Position numbers and translations under genes: made by a program | Notes under the pieces: model-generated | What the model was told of the DNA's origin: nothing | Database searches by the model: none | Seen by the model: the letters and a program-made list of their open reading frames with translations, nothing else | Shown: piece by piece, positions 19,657-28,422 of the stretch | Layout of the letters: the number at the start of each line of letters is the position of its first letter | Position numbering within the stretch: the stretch's first letter is position 1 | Origin: a virus | Lineage: Duplodnaviria > Caudoviricetes | IMG/VR virus record: IMGVR_UViG_3300036908_000165 | Span: 1 to 60,942 of that record | DNA length: 60,942 nucleotides | Strand: one strand, 5' to 3'

Positions 19657-21909
19657 TCATTTTTTGGCGTATCTTTTTGCTCGATAACCGTGAGCGGTTA
19701 GGGGGAGCGTCGCCGCCCATGCAGGGAGATCGAGCATCAAGCGCTCCATCTCTTCGACCGAGCCGAACGAGCGGGGAACTTCGGCGACAGCTTCGTCGTA
19801 GACGTGCAGGACGATCGGATAGCCGGCGTCTTCGCACTTGCGCATCGCTACTCGTAAAATATCGGCTTCTGCTCCTAAGCAAATGTTTTCCATCAACAAT
19901 CCGCCATATAGGCCGTAGCGGAGCATCTTCTTCTTCGTTGAATCGTAGCCCAGCGCCGTGACTTTGGGCGACGTCGCGCCCTGGATCTGCGCTCGCCCCA
20001 CCAGCGCCAGCTTCTCCGCCTCTTCGCGATCGACGACTTCGGCTTCGCCCAGCGAAGCGTCCTCGAGCCGCGGCTTGGCCCAGACTTGATCTTTCAGCCG
20101 CGGCGCGGCGTAGGCGACGCAGCGGCCGCTCGGCAGTCGACACCAGAGGTAGCCGCTCTTGTAGAGGTAGTTGATTCGTCCCAGCGCCTGCTGCTTGACG
20201 CCCGGCTCTCGCAGCGCGCGGCGCGCCGCGTCTTCGAGGTCGCCCCAAGCCGATTCGATGTCGGCGTTGTGCTTCCGCCAGGCGTTGACGACGAGCATGC
20301 AGGCCAGCCACGCCTCTCGGCTGAGGATGTCGGTCTTCTGCCGGTCACGGCTCTTCAGGCGCTGCTCGTAGCGCTTGACGGCGCGCTCTCGCGCCGGTTC
20401 GTCGGCCGCCGACCAGACGCCGGGGTATAGGTTGTGCAGGTCTCGGCGCAGCATGTTGTAGTTCGCCGCCATCGACACCAACGCAGCAACCGAACCCTGG
20501 AAGCCGAGAGCGAGCTCGGCGACCTTGCCGATTTGTCGGCCCCAGTGTTTCTTGGTGACGACGTCGGTCGTCGTGTTGAGAATGCCGGCGGCGGTGCGGC
20601 GGTAAAGATCCGGCAGCGTCGGATCGGCGATGATCTCGCGCATCGCCTGCAGCTTCCATTTTTCGCCGGCGTACCAGGCGCAGAGCGCACCTTGGATGCC
20701 GGAGTAGTCGACGGCGACGAAGTCCTTACCGGGATCGGCGATGAGAAAGCCGCGAATCGCATCTGATACGAGGTGGGTCGGCTTGCCGAGATCGTCGCCG
20801 TACAACGTCCGCAGCATCGCCGGTTCTTCGGTGCGGAAAGCGGCGAACAGCGTCGCGGGGTCGAGATCGGCGTCGTCGAAGGCCGGTCGCGGCCGCGGCA
20901 TATTGTAGAGGTTGACGCCTCCAGCCGAAGTCCACCGTCCCGGCCCGGTCCCGTGATAAACGAAAAGTCCGCGCACTTTGCTGTCGGCGCAGACGTGAGC
21001 GAGGAACGCCTTCAACTTGCTCGTTGATGGTTTCACCGCCTCTTGCCGCAGCGTCAGCGCCTTGCGCGTCGAGTCCGGCAGGTCGTCGAGTTCGAAGGCT
21101 TCGAGGATGTCGTCTTTGGCGACGCCGTCGAGGAAGACGCCTTGAAGCGTCAACCACCGCGATAGTTTTGACGCCTGCGTGCAGGCCGTTACGTATCCGC
21201 CGGTCGTTTCGGCCATCTCGGCGTCGAGACGGGCTTTTTCCTTGTCGATCAGCCGCAACGCCGCGCGCGCCGAGGCGACGTCGATGCGCACGCCGCGCCG
21301 GTTGATCGTTTCGCTCATCCGCCACACGGCGATCTCGTCTTCCGACAGCGGGATCATCCGCGCGTCGGCTTCGCTCTCGGCGCGCACATCGTCGTCGCAG
21401 TAGCCGCGAAACTGCTCGAACCTCTCGGGATGGTCGATCGGCTCGTGGAACTTGATTCCCGTCTCGCCGGCCGTAAGCTTGCGGGGCGTGCAGAAGAACT
21501 GGATCAGCGCCTTGCCGATCTTGTCCTTCTTGACGACGAGGTCGAGCGCCTCGCCGAGCTTCTCCAAACTCGCCGGCAGGCCCAAGGCCGACGCTGCCGC
21601 CATCGTGCAGCGCCATTGGTTCAGGTCGATCTTCGGCCAGCCGTAGCGCGGCGTAAGGACCCGCTCCCACAGCAGGGCCTCGAACGAGCCGGCGTTGTGG
21701 CCGACAAATCGTCCGCCCGTCATGGCGTGGCGAGAAACCGTCGGCGGGCAGGGTTCGCTCGGTAGCCAGCGCTCGACGCAGTGCTCGCCGGTAAACTTGA
21801 ACGAGGCGCACAGCGGCGCGGTGAGCGGCGACTCGAAGTAGACGTAGGAGCCGGCGGCGCGGATGTTCACGTCGCTCTTGGTCTCGAAGTCGATGTGGAT
21901 CTCATCCAT
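19657..21909 (-). CDS. Family A DNA polymerase (phage type)
   Basis: Exonuclease IDFET, HNA, YCDDDV; polymerase VDYSGIQ, RQIGKVAELALGF, HVYDE. Confidence 0.92.
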   Translation of the reverse strand: MDEIHIDFETKSDVNIRAAGSYVYFESPLTAPLCASFKFTGEHCVERWLPSEPCPPTVSRHAMTGGRFVGHNAGSFEALLWERVLTPRYGWPKIDLNQWRCTMAAASALGLPASLEKLGEALDLVVKKDKIGKALIQFFCTPRKLTAGETGIKFHEPIDHPERFEQFRGYCDDDVRAESEADARMIPLSEDEIAVWRMSETINRRGVRIDVASARAALRLIDKEKARLDAEMAETTGGYVTACTQASKLSRWLTLQGVFLDGVAKDDILEAFELDDLPDSTRKALTLRQEAVKPSTSKLKAFLAHVCADSKVRGLFVYHGTGPGRWTSAGGVNLYNMPRPRPAFDDADLDPATLFAAFRTEEPAMLRTLYGDDLGKPTHLVSDAIRGFLIADPGKDFVAVDYSGIQGALCAWYAGEKWKLQAMREIIADPTLPDLYRRTAAGILNTTTDVVTKKHWGRQIGKVAELALGFQGSVAALVSMAANYNMLRRDLHNLYPGVWSAADEPARERAVKRYEQRLKSRDRQKTDILSREAWLACMLVVNAWRKHNADIESAWGDLEDAARRALREPGVKQQALGRINYLYKSGYLWCRLPSGRCVAYAAPRLKDQVWAKPRLEDASLGEAEVVDREEAEKLALVGRAQIQGATSPKVTALGYDSTKKKMLRYGLYGGLLMENICLGAEADILRVAMRKCEDAGYPIVLHVYDEAVAEVPRSFGSVEEMERLMLDLPAWAATLPLTAHGYRAKRYAKK

Positions 21910-22384
21910 AGGATTTTGCCAGCCAGCCGAGCTTCTTCGCGTTGACGAGCGCTTGCACGCCCGCCGGGCCCGCCGCCATCAGCGCCGTGCCGCTTCCCGG
22001 CGAGCGCCCGATCGTCCCGTCCGGCCGTTCGAACTTCACCTTCGGCGACAAGAACAGCACGGCGTCGGCGCGGTGCGCCGCCCATTGGAACCACGGCGCC
22101 GACGTCCGATCCGGCATGAGCGCAACGCCGTTGCCGTGCGCAAAGAACTTCTCCAGCCACGGTCGGATTGCGTTGCGACCGCCGAACGGCGGGTTCATCC
22201 AAATGAAATTCCTACCCCACGATGTTTCAAGGCCAAAATGCGGCAGCCACGAGTTGCACGGTGCGTGCTTCGGCCCTGAAGGCGGAGATGCGACGTCGAG
22301 GCCGAAGACGACGCCCATCGCGTCGAAGATGTATTTCGGCGTGTGCCAATCGTCGGATTTGCCGGCTGTTTCCCATCTGCTCAT
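21902..22384 (-). CDS. Phage N6-adenine DNA methyltransferase
   Basis: DDWHTP, LDVAS, WMNPPF. Confidence 0.85.
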   Translation of the reverse strand: MSRWETAGKSDDWHTPKYIFDAMGVVFGLDVASPPSGPKHAPCNSWLPHFGLETSWGRNFIWMNPPFGGRNAIRPWLEKFFAHGNGVALMPDRTSAPWFQWAAHRADAVLFLSPKVKFERPDGTIGRSPGSGTALMAAGPAGVQALVNAKKLGWLAKSYG

Positions 22385-22562
22385 CGGTGATTCCAGTACC
22401 AGCGTCGCTGCCTCTCACGATTGCAGATGCGGCAGCAGCCATCGTCGCGTCGGTCGGCGTCGCCGTGCCGGCAGGCGTTGCGCTTCCGCTCTACGGCGCG
22501 CCGCAGCGGGTCTTCCCAGGCGGCGCGGATCGCGTCGTTGCGCGCCGCCAGCGCTTCGGGCG

Positions 22563-22889
22563 TCACCGGGGCCAGCCGATCGTTCGGTAGATGATCGGCA
22601 CGCCGAGGCCCTTGGCCGCTTCGATCCCGTCTTTCATGCCGTTCGATATGCCGAGATCGTCGTAGACGGCGACGAAATCCGCCGCTTGCATCCACGCGTG
22701 GCCGGCGGCGATGCCGCGCTGGCGCTCGACCGGCACGGCGTCGTCCAGCGCGCCGGAGCCGGCGTATGTGACGTGACTCGCGAGCGGCGCTTCTCCCCGA
22801 AGCAGGCTGTCGCGCAACACGGCGCGGGCGTAGGCGAGGTTCTTGGTAACGTCGCCGGCGTAGGGCGACTCGATGATGGTGAGCTTCAT
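22563..22889 (-). CDS. Nucleoside deoxyribosyltransferase-like protein
   Basis: IIESPYAGD, PLASH, GISNGMKDGIEAA pattern. Confidence 0.55.
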   Translation of the reverse strand: MKLTIIESPYAGDVTKNLAYARAVLRDSLLRGEAPLASHVTYAGSGALDDAVPVERQRGIAAGHAWMQAADFVAVYDDLGISNGMKDGIEAAKGLGVPIIYRTIGWPR

Positions 22890-22904
22890 CCGAACAGATC
22901 CTCT

Positions 22905-24497
22905 TCAGGGGCGGCAGGCGAGCGCGGCTTCGATGAACGCCGCGGCAACCTGGGGGACGATCGAATTGCCGTAGGCGCGCAGTTTGCCCACTCGGGCGGG
23001 TATCCCATGAGCAAGAGGAAACGGGATCATGCCAGCGCGCTCCGCTTCGTATGCGAGAGCTTGTGACAGGACGGGCAGAGCGTTTGCAGATTGTCCGGCG
23101 CATTGTTGGCTGGAGTTTCGTCCCTGTGGTGGACATGCAGTTTCCGATCGGTTGCGCCGCAATTCTCGCAGGCCAGCTTCCGGTGTTTGCCAGCACGCAG
23201 ATGGTAGGTGGTCGAGGAATCGCCACCCTTCTCTCGCGAGTTCGCGCAAAAAAGCGAGCAGAACCGGCGCTTCGTAAACGCTCCGAAATCTTCTAGGCGT
23301 CCGTGGAAGCGACTGCGTTGCAAAACTGAGCCACAGGTCTCGCAGTGCTTCTCTGGTGTCGGCTTCGCTGATCTTGGCATCGGTTAACGCTTCCTCGATT
23401 TTGGAGAAACTGTCGGTGCGCAGTCGTCCCAACATTTCGGATAGCCCATCAGCCATCTGCTGTGGGCCGGGCTCAACTGGCCTGCTTTTGCCGTCCCGAC
23501 ACTCAAGCCAATCGGTTTCGGCCCAAGGGCCTCGGCTGCGTTGAGGCTGCGCCCCTCTTGAAAGTCCTCCGATCTGCGTTTCTCGTTCGCTGTCGGCGTT
23601 GCCCACGGCGCTTCCTGACTGCCGTGCGCATCCGGGAAGCCCCACTTGTTTGCCCGCGGTGTAGACCAAGCTGCCGTTCTCGGTAGGGAAACTTGCTTCC
23701 TCCCCTCGATATTTCTCGCTCCTGCCTTTGCGTCCTCCCCGTTCGGAGTCGGCCATGCCGCCTGCGCCGCTTGCCCCGACAGATGCGGCGCCCCGCTCCT
23801 GTCTCGCGCGTTCGGCCCCCCGTGGTCGCCGTCCGTCGCTTGGGGCGTTCGCCACGAGGCTGTTTTCGCCATCACCTGAAGCGACGTGATCGCCGTTCGC
23901 TTGCTCCCCGTTCCGTCGCGCTCGCCCATCCGCAGCTTCATCGCCAGATGCGCTTCGGGCGATTTGTTGTCGTCGTTCGCCACCGGCGTCGGCCACGAAC
24001 CACAATCGCTGTCGGATATGTGGAGCGCCGACGCTCGCAGCAGGCAATACGGCCGCCCCGCAGGCGTAGCCTTGTCCTTCCAGGTCAGAGAAAACAAGGT
24101 CGAGCCAGCCGTGGCCAATTGCCGCTTCAACCTGCTCGCCAAACACTCGGTCAGGTCGCGACTCTTTGATGAGCTTGAACCATGCGGGCCAAAGGTGTCG
24201 ATCATCGGCGGCGCCTTTACCTTGTCCGGCGGCGGAAAATGGCTGGCACGGGCAACTTCCGGTCCAAAGCGGGAGATCGTCGGGGATGCCGGCGAGTCGC
24301 AGGGCGTAGGCCCAGCCGGCGATTCCGCTGAAGAAGTGGCAGCGGGTGAATCCCCACAGGTCCATTGGCTGGACGTCTCGGATGTCTCGTTCGTCGACAA
24401 AGCCATCGGGAATGTGCCCCGCTTTCATCAGGTTGCGCGTCCACTGCGCGGCGAATGCGTTATTTTCGTTGTGGTAGTCGCGCGGTATTTCTTCCAT
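22905..24497 (-). CDS. C5 cytosine DNA methyltransferase, alpha-like polypeptide
   Basis: FFSGIAG, SCPCQPFS, GEQV, HIRQRLW and motif X YGNSIVPQVA. Confidence 0.9.
   Translation of the reverse strand: MEEIPRDYHNENNAFAAQWTRNLMKAGHIPDGFVDERDIRDVQPMDLWGFTRCHFFSGIAGWAYALRLAGIPDDLPLWTGSCPCQPFSAAGQGKGAADDRHLWPAWFKLIKESRPDRVFGEQVEAAIGHGWLDLVFSDLEGQGYACGAAVLPAASVGAPHIRQRLWFVADAGGERRQQIARSASGDEAADGRARRNGEQANGDHVASGDGENSLVANAPSDGRRPRGAERARQERGAASVGASGAGGMADSERGGRKGRSEKYRGEEASFPTENGSLVYTAGKQVGLPGCARQSGSAVGNADSERETQIGGLSRGAQPQRSRGPWAETDWLECRDGKSRPVEPGPQQMADGLSEMLGRLRTDSFSKIEEALTDAKISEADTREALRDLWLSFATQSLPRTPRRFRSVYEAPVLLAFLRELAREGWRFLDHLPSACWQTPEAGLRELRRNRSETACPPQGRNSSQQCAGQSANALPVLSQALAYEAERAGMIPFPLAHGIPARVGKLRAYGNSIVPQVAAAFIEAALACRP
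23027..23380 (-). CDS. HNH endonuclease nested in the MTase gene
   Basis: CENC...HVHHRDETPANNAPDNLQTLCPSCHKLSH. Confidence 0.85.
   Translation of the reverse strand: MPRSAKPTPEKHCETCGSVLQRSRFHGRLEDFGAFTKRRFCSLFCANSREKGGDSSTTYHLRAGKHRKLACENCGATDRKLHVHHRDETPANNAPDNLQTLCPSCHKLSHTKRSALA
23384..24406 (-). CDS. Alternative-frame MTase beta-like polypeptide
   Basis: Five W-x-TP repeats and motif IX-like LSPAHSRWLMGYP; exact start uncertain. Confidence 0.7.
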   Translation of the reverse strand: MALSTNETSETSSQWTCGDSPAATSSAESPAGPTPCDSPASPTISRFGPEVARASHFPPPDKVKAPPMIDTFGPHGSSSSKSRDLTECLASRLKRQLATAGSTLFSLTWKDKATPAGRPYCLLRASALHISDSDCGSWPTPVANDDNKSPEAHLAMKLRMGERDGTGSKRTAITSLQVMAKTASWRTPQATDGDHGGPNARDRSGAPHLSGQAAQAAWPTPNGEDAKAGARNIEGRKQVSLPRTAAWSTPRANKWGFPDAHGSQEAPWATPTANEKRRSEDFQEGRSLNAAEALGPKPIGLSVGTAKAGQLSPAHSRWLMGYPKCWDDCAPTVSPKSRKR

Positions 24498-24504
24498 TAT
24501 CGCC

Positions 24505-24774
24505 TCACAGCAAACCGAGTGCGGCTAAATATAGATCGAGTATTTCTTCTTCTTCGCGCCACTTCGCTTTGTCCATGGCGCGGATGCGCACAGCCTTGCG
24601 CATGATCTTCGTGTCGAAGCCATTTCCCCTGGCTTCGGCGTAGATGTCTTTGATGTCGCCGGCGACCCCCTTCTTCTCTTCCGTTAGGCGTTCGATGCGT
24701 TCGATGAACGCTTTCAATTGGCCGCCGTTCAGACTGTTGTCGCCGATCCGCGGTCCTTCGGGTTGCTTCGCCAT
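24505..24774 (-). CDS. GapR/DUF2312-family DNA-binding protein
   Basis: [44 protein letters not shown]. Confidence 0.9.
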   Translation of the reverse strand: MAKQPEGPRIGDNSLNGGQLKAFIERIERLTEEKKGVAGDIKDIYAEARGNGFDTKIMRKAVRIRAMDKAKWREEEEILDLYLAALGLL

Positions 24775-24974
24775 CACTCAATTTCCTTCTCTGCTGCTAG
24801 CCACACGGGCATCGTCACTTCGGCGAGCTTGTGGCGCTGGCCCTTGTATTCGATTTCGATCTCGCTGCGCGGCAGCCACACGTTGATTCCGTCGTCGCGC
24901 ATCACCAGGATCGCGTTGTCGGTCGGCTCGTCGCGGACGACGCGCAGCGTGTACGTAAAGAGTTCTCTGCTCAT
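24774..24974 (-). CDS. Hypothetical protein
   Basis: VWLPRSEI...VTMPVWLA, a common small phage protein pattern. Confidence 0.6.
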   Translation of the reverse strand: MSRELFTYTLRVVRDEPTDNAILVMRDDGINVWLPRSEIEIEYKGQRHKLAEVTMPVWLAAEKEIE

Positions 24975-25156
24975 GGAGCCTCCACAACGGTCCACGGCCA
25001 CGCTCGACAGACCGGCGTCCTTGCCGCAGCATCTTCGGCTTCCTCTACGGATGAGAAAGTAGCGATAGGCGGGTCATCGCCTTCGCCAGTGTCGATTGCG
25101 ATGATGCGGTTGCCGTTCGGATTGCGAACGAGGATGACGAAAATCACAGGAATCAT
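24971..25156 (-). CDS. Hypothetical protein
   Basis: GAGG RBS; ATGA overlap downstream. Confidence 0.55.
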   Translation of the reverse strand: MIPVIFVILVRNPNGNRIIAIDTGEGDDPPIATFSSVEEAEDAAARTPVCRAWPWTVVEAP

Positions 25157-25257
25157 GATCGCCTCGTGATTGGTGGCGGCCACACCGCTCGCTATGCGTG
25201 TCGAGTGTGACCGCCGTTTCCAGCGCCATCGCGATTTGCTGCTGCTGCTGCTGCTGC

Positions 25258-25359
25258 GTTCTAGCAGGGAACGCGGCGCGGTCCAATCGCAACCATCGCT
25301 TGAGTACAGCGCCGTAAGCGGCCGTTCTAGCAGGGAACGCGGCGCGGTCCAATCGCAAC
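25258..25359 (-). CRISPR. Mini CRISPR array, type II-C-like, no cas genes
   Basis: Two identical 36-nt repeats GTTGCGATTGGACCGCGCCGCGTTCCCTGCTAGAAC (25258-25293 and 25324-25359) around a 30-nt spacer; intergenic. Confidence 0.82.
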
Positions 25360-25386
25360 GGCTACGCTGTTACGCAGCGCCGGAAA

Positions 25387-26046
25387 TCAGAACGGGATCT
25401 CGTCATCTCCGAAAAGGCCGCCGGCGCCTTTACCGTTCTTTGTCTCTTTGGGCGCTTCGCCTTCGTCGGCGATCGTCTCGGACCACTTCTCCTTGTCGAT
25501 CGGACCGGCGCCGCCCAGCCGCTCGCCTTCGGTGTGCTTCTGGAAGCCCTGGATCCCGAAGCTGACGCCGTCGCCGCTCTTGTCGTTGTGCCAGGCGAAG
25601 CAGTTGAGAATCGCCTTGCCGTAGCAGCCGGAGTAGACGGTCGTCTCGTCTTCCTGCGCGTTCGGATCCTTCCACCACACGGCCGGCGGCCGGTCCTTGT
25701 TGGCCGACGGGCGAATGAAGAACACGTCGGGGCCCATGCCAGGATGAAGCTCGCCGCTGGTCTTGTTGCGTGCTTCCTTGCCGTCGCCGGCGAGGAAGGG
25801 ACTCTTGATCAGGCCGGCTTTGGCGTTCTCGATGCCCTTCGGGCCCCATTCGGCGACGATCGTTTCGGCGACGCGTTTCTGCAATTCGGCGCGGAACTTC
25901 TTGTCAAAGATGAGCGTGCAGCCGAACTTCGGGTCCTTGCCCTCTTCCTGGGCGCGCGCCTTGAACAGCGACTGTGCGTAGCTCAGCCGGCACAAATCGC
26001 CCTTACCGGCAGGGGCTTTGAAATCGTTAGTACGAGCTTTTGCCAT
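25387..26046 (-). CDS. ssDNA-binding protein (DUF2815-like)
   Basis: RLSYA, VYSGCY, GVSFGIQGFQK..EGERLGG and acidic DDEIPF tail. Confidence 0.85.
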   Translation of the reverse strand: MAKARTNDFKAPAGKGDLCRLSYAQSLFKARAQEEGKDPKFGCTLIFDKKFRAELQKRVAETIVAEWGPKGIENAKAGLIKSPFLAGDGKEARNKTSGELHPGMGPDVFFIRPSANKDRPPAVWWKDPNAQEDETTVYSGCYGKAILNCFAWHNDKSGDGVSFGIQGFQKHTEGERLGGAGPIDKEKWSETIADEGEAPKETKNGKGAGGLFGDDEIPF

Positions 26047-26047
26047 T

Positions 26048-27364
26048 TCAGTTCTCCAGTTTCTCATGATGCCGCTCGGTCAGGCCCTTCGCCGCCGGTC
26101 GGGACGTTTTGCCCTCAGAGACCAAATTTGTGCCTTTGACGGGCTTCTCCCACAGCACTCCTTCGAGCGCCGCAAGTTCTGCTTTACGCTTGCCGAGCGT
26201 CTTTTCGAGCTGCGCCACCGAACGCACCGAGCGCTCGAATATCTGATCGTCGGATAGTGCCAGCTTAGTCTTGATCAGCGCAGCAAGCTTTGCTTCATCT
26301 TTTTCGACGTACGCGCGGTTGCCGATCTTGTCGACAATCACCCAGCCGGGGATCTGCACGCCGCGCTCGGCGGCGTTGTGCGCGTAGCCTCTGAGCGCCT
26401 TCGCCCAGTTTTCCAGAGCCTCGAGGCCGTCGAGCCAGTGCGCCAGCTCTTCCGGCGAAGCGATCTCCGGCGCATTGCCAACGACCAGCGGCGCGTCCGT
26501 CGTCGGCTCTTCGAACCATCGCACGGCCGTGTCGCTCATGACCGACAGCGCCTCTTTGCGCCGCTTCGGGCAGATGCCTTCTGCAGGACAAAACGTGCAG
26601 CTTCCGGTCGCCAGCCACGTCTCAGCCCACGCGTCGAAAGCGATACGCCCGCCGTCGAGCGCTTCGAACGCGTCGAGCGCCAGCTTCGACGCGGTCATTT
26701 TCGAGAGCAGGTCGACGGACCAGTCGATGAGATCGGCGACGTGGATATCTTCCCACGTCGCCGATCTCATCGGCTTGCCGCCGCCGACGCGTGGCTGAAC
26801 GATTGTCGAGCGAACCACATCGACGGAGACGCCGGTCAAAGACAGCAGAAAGCCGATCGCGTAGCTGCGCGCCTGCATATTCCCAGCGGCCTTGACGACG
26901 ACGCCGCGCCCGCCCTTTAGATCGACAACCTCCAACATGCGCCAGAGCGGGAAGTAAATGCCGAAATCTCCGGTGCCGCCAGCATCGAGCGGTGGATCGA
27001 GCGAGGCGAGAGACAGATGCTGCTCGATCCAGAACTGCGCGTCCTCGCCAATCGCTGCTTTGTATTCGGCGAGCCGGCTGCGACAGTAGTCGACGTAGAC
27101 CTGCGATGTGTTCGCCATCTCCTCGTCGACGAGGAATTCAAACTTGCCGGATTTTTCAATGCCGCCGAGAAAGCTGTTCGCGTCGATGTTTCCGTGCAGG
27201 CAGCGCTCAGAAATCTGATGGCAGCACGTCCCCCACGCAGCGGCTTCGGTCTCTTTGGCCTCGCACATCGTCTCCATGGCGATGGCGCCGGCGCAAGTGA
27301 CGTTGCGCGATGTCGCACTCGCAGCCCATTGCGCATGGCTGCGAGTGTGGTGAGCGGCGTTCAT
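26048..27364 (-). CDS. DUF2800/Cas4-like PD-(D/E)XK exonuclease
   Basis: GTGD...VVDLKGG, QARSY, IVQPR, CTFCPAEGIC; located next to the SSB gene. Confidence 0.85.
   Translation of the reverse strand: MNAAHHTRSHAQWAASATSRNVTCAGAIAMETMCEAKETEAAAWGTCCHQISERCLHGNIDANSFLGGIEKSGKFEFLVDEEMANTSQVYVDYCRSRLAEYKAAIGEDAQFWIEQHLSLASLDPPLDAGGTGDFGIYFPLWRMLEVVDLKGGRGVVVKAAGNMQARSYAIGFLLSLTGVSVDVVRSTIVQPRVGGGKPMRSATWEDIHVADLIDWSVDLLSKMTASKLALDAFEALDGGRIAFDAWAETWLATGSCTFCPAEGICPKRRKEALSVMSDTAVRWFEEPTTDAPLVVGNAPEIASPEELAHWLDGLEALENWAKALRGYAHNAAERGVQIPGWVIVDKIGNRAYVEKDEAKLAALIKTKLALSDDQIFERSVRSVAQLEKTLGKRKAELAALEGVLWEKPVKGTNLVSEGKTSRPAAKGLTERHHEKLEN
27277..27359. repeat. 83-bp inverted repeat, copy 2
   Basis: Reverse complement of 11873-11955 with one mismatch. 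Confidence 0.95.
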
Positions 27365-28422
27365 GATTGCACCGCCCTCTTGAACGGGTTGTCGCGCACC
27401 GCCTCGTAGACCGCCGTCATTGCCTTGCCGTAGCCCTCGGGCGTCTGCGGAGCCGTCTTCAAACCGACAACGCCGGCGCCGAATGTCGCGACGAAGATCT
27501 TCGGCATGTCTTCCGTGGTGTAGGGCATTTTCTTGGGGTCGTCCGACACGCCGTCGTATTTCTTGCCGTAGGCCATAATAGCCTCGACCACGTCGACCTT
27601 GGTGGCGTGGACCGGCTCGGTCGGCAGATCGGCAGGCTTCGCCTGCTCGGGCGCGGCGTGGCCGTCGATCGCCGCTTCGACACGCGCAATCGCAGCGCCG
27701 ATTTCTTTCTCGGGCACTTCGATAATCGGCATGCCGACGATCGTGCGGATATTGTCGATCGACGCCTTGGCGCCGAATTTCTCGGTGTAGCGGCCGACGG
27801 CGGCACGCAGATCTTCGATCGTCGGCTTGTCGCCGGCGCGCGCCGCGGTCTCGGCGGCTTCGTCAGCGGCGTCCTCGGGGTTGATGCGCTCTTCGCCGGT
27901 CGAGATCTCCGGCTGCTCCTCGACGCCTGGGAGCAGCGGCTCGGCGGAACCCGGCGCCGGCGGCTGGACCGGGGCGGCGGCGAAATAGGCGTCGTCGGCT
28001 TCGATCTGCGCGTTGGTCCGCCGACGGCGGCCCGGTCCGGCCCTGCCGCGCTCGCGAGCGCCGTCCATCGCAGTGGGTTTAGCCGGCGCTGCGGCGGCAC
28101 GAGCAAATGCAGATTCGCTGATCGTCCCCGTTTCGTCGACAACCTCGGCTTTGATTTTGTCGGCATATTCTTGTGCGAAGCGCTCTGCCGCGCCGCTGCC
28201 TGTTGATTCGACGCCGATCGTGTCTCCCGAGGCATCGCCGGTGTCGGCGTTGCTCATTTCAGCGACGTCGAGCGCCTCTGCAATGTGATCGACGGCAGCG
28301 TTAAGGTCTTCCGGTTTCCACACATGCAGCCCACGCACGAAGCCGAGCGCCTTCATGTGCGCGACGACGCCATCTTCGTAAACGAGGCTGTCGGGGATTA
28401 TGATTTCAATTCGAATGCTCAT
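27361..28422 (-). CDS. Acidic Ala/Pro-rich replication-module protein
   Basis: Start MSIRIE overlaps the helicase stop. Confidence 0.65.
   Translation of the reverse strand: MSIRIEIIIPDSLVYEDGVVAHMKALGFVRGLHVWKPEDLNAAVDHIAEALDVAEMSNADTGDASGDTIGVESTGSGAAERFAQEYADKIKAEVVDETGTISESAFARAAAAPAKPTAMDGARERGRAGPGRRRRTNAQIEADDAYFAAAPVQPPAPGSAEPLLPGVEEQPEISTGEERINPEDAADEAAETAARAGDKPTIEDLRAAVGRYTEKFGAKASIDNIRTIVGMPIIEVPEKEIGAAIARVEAAIDGHAAPEQAKPADLPTEPVHATKVDVVEAIMAYGKKYDGVSDDPKKMPYTTEDMPKIFVATFGAGVVGLKTAPQTPEGYGKAMTAVYEAVRDNPFKRAVQS

Noticed and set aside
25074-25358. 94-aa ORF spanning the array
   Set aside because: Its duplicated peptide and poly-Q are by-products of the repeats, and it has no RBS.
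11873-27359. Diversity-generating retroelement TR/VR pair
   Set aside because: There is only one mismatch, the repeat is at a gene 5' end, and no reverse transcriptase is present.
26048-27364. A cas operon attached to the mini-array
   Set aside because: DUF2800-SSB-PolA is a standard phage replication module; no cas1, cas2 or effector gene is present.
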